Assembly: GCA_013416795.1 (NCBI GenBank)
Contig: RQSC01000631.1
Span: forward strand, 1 to 11,406
DNA: 11,406 bases
Reading direction: 5' to 3'
Source: Prasinococcaceae sp. CCMP 1430
Taxonomy: Eukaryota; Plantae; Prasinodermophyta
In this document: positions 7,201 through 11,406 of the stretch, piece after piece
Position numbering within the stretch: position 1 is the stretch's first letter
Layout: each line of letters opens with the position of its first letter
Made by a program: the position numbers and the translations under genes
Notes under the pieces: model-generated
What the model was told of the DNA's origin: nothing
What the model saw: the letters and a program-made list of their open reading frames with translations, nothing else
The model's database searches: none

Positions 7201-9652
7201 GTGCGTGCCGTGCCCGCAGGGCACGTACTCGGCCGCTGTGGGGGGCAAGAGCGCCGACGAGTGCATTGACTGCCCCGTCGGCTCGCACGGACTGGCAGCG
7301 CGCGCAGCAGCGTGCAGCCTGTGCCCTCCCGGGACGCGCAACCCGTCGCCGGGTGGCGATAGCCTCGCATGCGAGCCCTGCCGAGAGGGCACGTATTCGG
7401 ACACGCACGGGGCACGTCAATGCACGAAGTGCCCGCGCGGCACGTTTGCGAACACCACGCACGCTTCGACCGTCGAGCAGTGCGCCCCCTGCCCTGAGGG
7501 CACGTATGGACCTGCCGAGGGTGCCGTTGCGTGTGTGCCCTGCCCTGTGGCGACCTTTGCGGACGTGCCCGGCCTCGTGCAGTGCGAGCGCTGCGACGCG
7601 GGCACGCGCGGGCGCGAAGACGCCGAGATGGAGCAAGCCGCCGCACAGGCGATCGCAGCGAGGATGGACGCCGCTGGAGCGAGCGCCTTGCCCGGCGACG
7701 GCCCTACGGAGGGGCAGCCCCCTGCGCAGGTTCGCGCGCGCTCCGCAGAGGAGGAGGAGCTCTTCGCCGCGATGACGACGCGCGCGACGCGAGACGCCGC
7801 ATGCGTGCCTTGCGACATCGGCACGCACAGCGTGACCAGCGGCGCATTGGAACGCATTGAATGCGCCGAGGGCACGTTCTCAGGAAGGCGCGGCGCCACG
7901 GAGTGCGAGGCGTGCCCTGCCGGCACCTTCCTCGATGTGGCCGGGTCTTGGAAGCCCACGGGCGTCGACATGAGCGGTCAGCCGACGTATCCGCCGAAGA
8001 TGGGATCGTCAGGCGCGCATCCATGCTTCGACTGTCCGGCGGGGTCCTTCGCGCACGCTGCTGGAATGGGCCATTGCCTTGAGTGCCCACCTGGGACTTT
8101 CGCCGACCTCACGGGTAGCACCGAGTGCGTGCCATGCGACGCTGGTTTCTTCCAGCCATTCACCGGCGCACTTAACAGCTCCTACTGCCAGCCGTGCGAG
8201 CCGGGCACGCACGCCGCGAGCAGCGGGACGGGCACGTGCATGCCGTGCCCGCCTGGGCACTACGCCGACCTCTACGGCTCGACCGAATGCGTACCGTGCG
8301 GGGCGGGCAGCGCCTTGCCGACCTTCGGCGCCAACGCGACCGATATGTGCTCCCTGTGCCCCCTCGGCACCTTTGCGCCTTCGAGCGGCGCCGCTACGTG
8401 CACCAGATGCCCGCCGGGCTCGTTTGCTGACGGCGAGGGCTCGACGGAATGCACGCCTTGCCCACGCGGCACCGCCAACCCGTACGAAGGCAGCAACTCG
8501 TCGGATGCGTGCGTGGATTGCGGCGTGGGCACTATCGCGGCCGAGGTGGGCACGAGCGAGTGCTACAACTGCACGTTCGGCAGCTATCAGGAGAATCCCG
8601 GCCGCAGCGAGTGCGTGCCGTGCCCCGCGGGGAAGTTCCTCGACTTCACCGGGAGCTTCAGCAGGGAGGACTGCACCGAGTGCGACGTCAGCGTTGCGGG
8701 CACGCACGCGGAGAGGAGCGGCTCGCGCGAGTGCGACCTGTGCCCGCCGGGCACCTACGCCGACGAGCCCGGCATGGCGCTTTGCAAGACGACCCGCAAG
8801 GGGACCTACATCCCCTTCAGCGGCTCCAACTCATCGGAGGACGCCATTCCTTGTGGCATCGGCACATTCGCCGACGCGCGGGGCGCGTCTGAGTGCGAGC
8901 CCTGCAACGCTGGCGGCTACGCCCCCGATGAGGGCTCCGAGAAGTGCAACGGGTGCCCACCGGGCACCTTCCTCCCATACTTGGGCGCCGTTGACGTTTC
9001 CGAGTGCCAAAAGTGCAGGGCGGGGATGTACGCGCCCGACCGCGGGAGCGCGAGCTGCAAGCTCTGCCCCCCGGGTGAGTACGGCCCGACCGTCGGGATG
9101 GCGAAGTGCCTGCGCTGCCCCGCGGGCTTCTTCCAGGACGAGGCCGGCAGCACCACCAAAACAAGCTGCAAGCGCTGCCCGAAGGGCACCTTTTCGGATC
9201 GAGAGGGCGCAAACCGCTGCCAGGTGTGCGAGGTGGGGCGCTTCTCCAATGAGACGGGGTCGACGTCCTGCTACTCGTGCGCGCCAGGGACGTACCTTGA
9301 CGTCATCGGGATGGCCTCGCAGGACGACTGCAAGGCGTGCGAGCCCGGCTTCCATGCGCCTTACTATGGCATGGACGCGTGCGAGCAGTGCCCTCAGGGG
9401 ACGTACAACGGCATCAAGGGGCAGAGCGAGTGCGCCAAGTGCCCCGCGGGGACCTACGGACAGGTGCTCGCAGCGACGGAGGCCGACGCTTGCGACGGCT
9501 GTCCGAGGTGGAGATTTACCTCTGATCAGGGCTCGACGGGAATCCAGGACTGCTACTATGTGCATCAAGCGGCGCCGCGGCTCCGCGCCGCGCGGGGCAG
9601 CGCGCTGGCCACGGCGGCGCTCGCCGCGGCGGCGCTGCTCTGGCACCTGTAG
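1254..9652 (+). CDS. Giant (~2800 aa, 5'-partial) putative GPI-anchored cell-surface protein: cadherin/Ig-like repeats + RCC1 propeller + Cys-rich (Ephrin_rec_like/GCC2_GCC3-type) stalk
   Basis: Track ORF 1229..9652 has no stop over 8.4 kb, strong G/C-ending codon bias, clear repeat motifs and many N-x-S/T sequons, and ends in TAG at 9650-9652. The ATG at 1229 lies upstream of the N, within the methyltransferase sequence, so it is probably not the real start. No signal peptide is visible. Confidence 0.9.
1328..4621 (+). repeat. Seven cadherin-like / bacterial Ig-like (Big_9 / Cadherin_5 / tandem-95-type) protein repeats
   Basis: Repeat starts at about 1328, 1733, 2123, 2561, 2933, 3428 and 3842 (NTPP, NAAP, NSPP, NWEP, NRPP, DGRP, NDPP). 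Each has a D-x-D/E acidic motif (EDAEGD, QDPDGD, SDVD, TDPNGD, IDPDDGD, EDPEGE, SDID) and a Y/F-x-P strand, and ends in F/Y-x-V-x-D...V-x-V/I-x-V/I. LP-x-x-G is present in four of them. Confidence 0.75.
4800..6843 (+). repeat. Seven RCC1/BLIP-II repeats (complete seven-bladed beta-propeller) with large loop insertions
   Basis: Blade starts: LYSWGRNDDAHQLG, LYSWGLDKNGRLG, VYQWGDNTHGQLG, LYTWGSNAEGQLG, VYSWGYGETGQLG, VFMWGSNVFGQLG, VLAWGSNAMGQTG. Matching blade ends: ADGHAFGI, CTTHAMAL, GAAHSAAL, GWHYTLAI, GRFHSGAL, GTYHTVAL, GGLFTLAV. Confidence 0.9.
6846..9558 (+). repeat. About 46 Cys-rich units (C-P-x-G-[TS]-[FY]-x8/11-C-x-x), Ephrin_rec_like/GCC2_GCC3 type
   Basis: Hand count of 46 units from CPRGTVLNAT to CPRWRFTSDQ. 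Most are 17 or 20 aa and are joined by CxxC. Confidence 0.85.
9559..9652 (+). other. GPI-anchor-signal-like C-terminus
   Basis: ...YVHQAAPRLRAARGSALATAALAAAALLWHL-stop: small residues (candidate omega site near QAA), a basic spacer and a terminal hydrophobic run with no cytoplasmic tail. Confidence 0.6.
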
Positions 9653-9686
9653 CCGGTCGCGCGCCCAATGCATCTGTACATTTTTG

Positions 9687-9691
9687 TGTAA
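9687..9691 (+). terminator. Candidate TGTAA polyadenylation signal in the AT-rich 3' spacer
   Basis: TGTAA lies 35 nt after the stop of the giant ORF, in a T-rich 63-bp spacer. UGUAA is the established poly(A) signal in Chlamydomonas and other chlorophytes. Confidence 0.4.
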
Positions 9692-9715
9692 TTGGACTGT
9701 GCATTAGCTGTACTA

Positions 9716-11283
9716 TCAGCCGGCGCCCGTCGGGTTCCAACGCCGTCCGAGGCGCTGCAAAGCACTCGAGCATTCCAGCGCGGCCGCCTCCGCGCGCGCC
9801 CCGGCACTGGGACCGCACACGCCGTCGCCGATCCACGAATTGTACGGACAGTCGGGATGGCACTGGCAGTCGCCGCCGTCGTAGCCGCACTCCTCGTTGT
9901 CGCACCGCTCGTCGCACACGCCGTCACCCAGCCAGTTTTCGGGGCACTTGCAGTCGTCGAAGCCCGAGGTGATGGGCCCGTCGAAGCAGTCGCCGCCGTC
10001 AAAGTGGCAGGCGTAGTTGTTGCACTTGTCGTCGCACGTGCCATCGCCGAGCCACGAAGGCTCGCAGTCGCATTCCGCATCGTGCTGGTCGCAGTCGCCG
10101 GCGTCGTAGCCACACTCCTCGGAGTCCTCATCGGGGGGAACGAACCCGCACGTGAGCGCGATTTCCTGGCCACGCTCCGCAAGGTCCGGGTCGAGGCAGT
10201 GCCCAACGGGCGCAACATTGCTCGTGGCGTTCATGCATGCGGGATCCTCGAAGCACCTCTCGCCGAAAGTCTGCTCCTCGCCCTCGCACATCTCGATGCC
10301 CAGCTGCTCGGCCTCGGCCTGGCTCGAGGCGCAGTCAGGCAAGCAGCTCGCGAAAAATGCGTCGATCAGGGAATTCATGACCTGAGGCTCTGGACACGGG
10401 GGAAGCTCATGCACCCTTGATCGCAAGCGCCGTCGCCCTGCCAGCCGTCGGGGCACATGGACCTGTCGCAAGAGGGCTCGTGGTGGTTGTGGTCGTCGTA
10501 GTCGAAGTCGTCGTGGTGGTCGTCGTGGTGGCAGTCGCCGTGGTCCCAATAGCAGTACTCATTGTTGCACGGTTCGTCGCACTCGCCGTTGCCCCACCAC
10601 TTGTTCTTGCAGCCGCTCCACTCCGTGCAGCAGTCGCCGTAGTCCCACTCGCACTCGGGGCTCATGCACCCTTGATCGCAAGCGCCGTCGCCCTGCCAGC
10701 CGTCGGGGCACATGGACCTGTCGCAAGAGGGCTCGTCGTCGTGGTGATCGTCGTGGTGGTCGTCGTGGTCGCAGTCGCCGTGGTCCCACTCGCACTCGGG
10801 GTTGTTGCATTGGTCGTCGCACTCGCCGTCGCCGAGCCACTTGTTCTTGCAGTCAGTCCAGTCCGTGCAGCAGTCGCCCCAGTCCCATCCGCACTCGGGG
10901 CTCATGCACCTTTGGTCGCACGCGCCGTCGCCCTGCCAGCCGTCGGGGCACATGGACCTGTCGCAGGGGTCGTCGTCGTGGTGGCCGTCGTGGTAATCAC
11001 TGTACTCGTGGTACTCGTCGTCGTAGTCTTGGGGGCGTGGTGATGGTGATGGTGGAGGTGGTGGTGGACCTGCGCCGGCGTCGTCGCAGTCGCCCCCGTC
11101 CCACTCGCACTCGGCGTTGTAGCAGGCGTCGTCGCATATGCCGTCGCCGATCCAGCCGTCCATGCACGTTGACGTGTCGCAGTAGAGCGGGTGGTCGTCA
11201 TGGTCGTAGTAGTCGTAGTGGTCGGGGAAGGAGGGGCTCGGGGGGGACTCCCCAGGGTCGCAGTCTCCGCCATCGTAACCGTG
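9716..11283 (-). CDS. LNR (Lin-12/Notch repeat)-rich protein with His/Asp- and Pro/Ser-rich linkers; 5'-partial (upstream exons outside the window), frame broken at ~10405-10411
   Basis: Two overlapping frames (track ORFs 10375..11301 and 9716..10549) carry the C-x-x-x-W-x-GDG-x-CD-x-x-C-x-x-x-x-C-x-[WFY]D-x-GDC consensus. There are seven complete LNRs (five upstream of the break, two downstream) and four partial ones. The stop is TGA at 9718-9716. It could be a pseudogene or a mis-assembled gene. Confidence 0.8.
10405..10975. repeat. Tandem DNA duplication of a ~240-255-bp unit (LNR-A + LNR-B + His/Asp linker), about 2.3 copies
   Basis: The 77-bp segments 10405-10481 and 10660-10736 are identical. 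The third copy, starting at 10900, differs at 3 positions over its first ~65 bp. Confidence 0.9.
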
Positions 11284-11406
11284 CTGCGGGCATGCGGGCA
11301 TGCGGGCGGATGCGTGCGCCGGCTCCGTCAGCCACGTGGCGTGGCACGTGGCGTGCGGTCGGCCAGGCGACCGCCGGCGGCCCCGGGGTGCGCGCGCAGC
11401 GTCCCG
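11284..11406 (-). other. Probable 3' part of a spliceosomal intron of the LNR gene
   Basis: The minus strand reads ...GCTGAC (branch-point-like, 11332-11327)...CCCGCAG|CAC GGT TAC GAT GGC GGA GAC TGC. The acceptor AG at 11285-11284 directly precedes the LNR tail HGYDGGDC, and the upstream sequence is non-coding-like with short repeats. No convincing donor lies in the window. Confidence 0.65.

Noticed and set aside
732-9652. A methyltransferase-adhesin fusion protein
   Set aside because: The two are in different frames, belong to incompatible compartments, and switch exactly at the N. An assembly gap is simpler.
9692-10420. Hydrophobic Val/Ala-rich plus-strand ORFs 9692..10420 and 10417..11043 resembling membrane proteins
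   Set aside because: They are antisense of Asp/His/Cys codons (GAC/CAC read as GTC/GTG) of the LNR gene.
10405-10975. CRISPR-like array
   Set aside because: The repeats are 77 bp or longer, in-frame protein-coding units, and the intervening segments are homologous to each other. No cas genes are present.
9716-11283. Notch receptor orthologue
   Set aside because: No EGF repeats, NOD, TM or ankyrin domains are visible, and Notch has only three LNRs.
11299-11301. ATG 11301 as the start of the LNR gene
   Set aside because: It arises from an intronic 8-bp repeat just upstream of a good acceptor. The protein would begin mid-LNR with no signal peptide.
1-11406. Giant-virus or prokaryotic origin of the whole window
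   Set aside because: A spliceosomal-type acceptor and branch point, a GPI-like tail, LNR repeats and the lack of operon or RBS structure favour a eukaryotic nuclear locus. An endogenised fragment cannot be formally excluded.

Overview
This is a very GC-rich (roughly 70% by eye, not computed) and probably eukaryotic window, most likely from an alga or protist; the organism cannot be identified from the sequence. From left to right: (1) a minus-strand gene for an acidic low-complexity protein that runs off the left edge and has an apparent 1-nt frameshift; (2) a short divergent intergenic region; (3) the N-terminal half of a Methyltransf_16-type (METTL21/22/23/Efm-like) protein methyltransferase that breaks off at a single N (1253); (4) a 5'-truncated, stop-free 8.4-kb ORF (~2800 aa) that starts right after the N; (5) a convergent minus-strand gene for an LNR (Lin-12/Notch repeat) protein with His/Asp-rich linkers, a recent internal tandem duplication, a frame break at a 7-nt microhomology, and an intron 3' end at the right edge. 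The large ORF has seven bacterial-style cadherin/Ig-like repeats, a complete seven-bladed RCC1/BLIP-II propeller, about 46 Cys-rich CxxC-xG[TS][FY] units with a 17-17-20 aa super-period, and a GPI-signal-like tail. It is the most interesting object here: a putative giant surface adhesin or receptor with an unusual domain combination. I cannot establish novelty without database searches. Several breaks suggest draft-assembly problems. No RNA genes, CRISPR arrays or mobile elements were seen.
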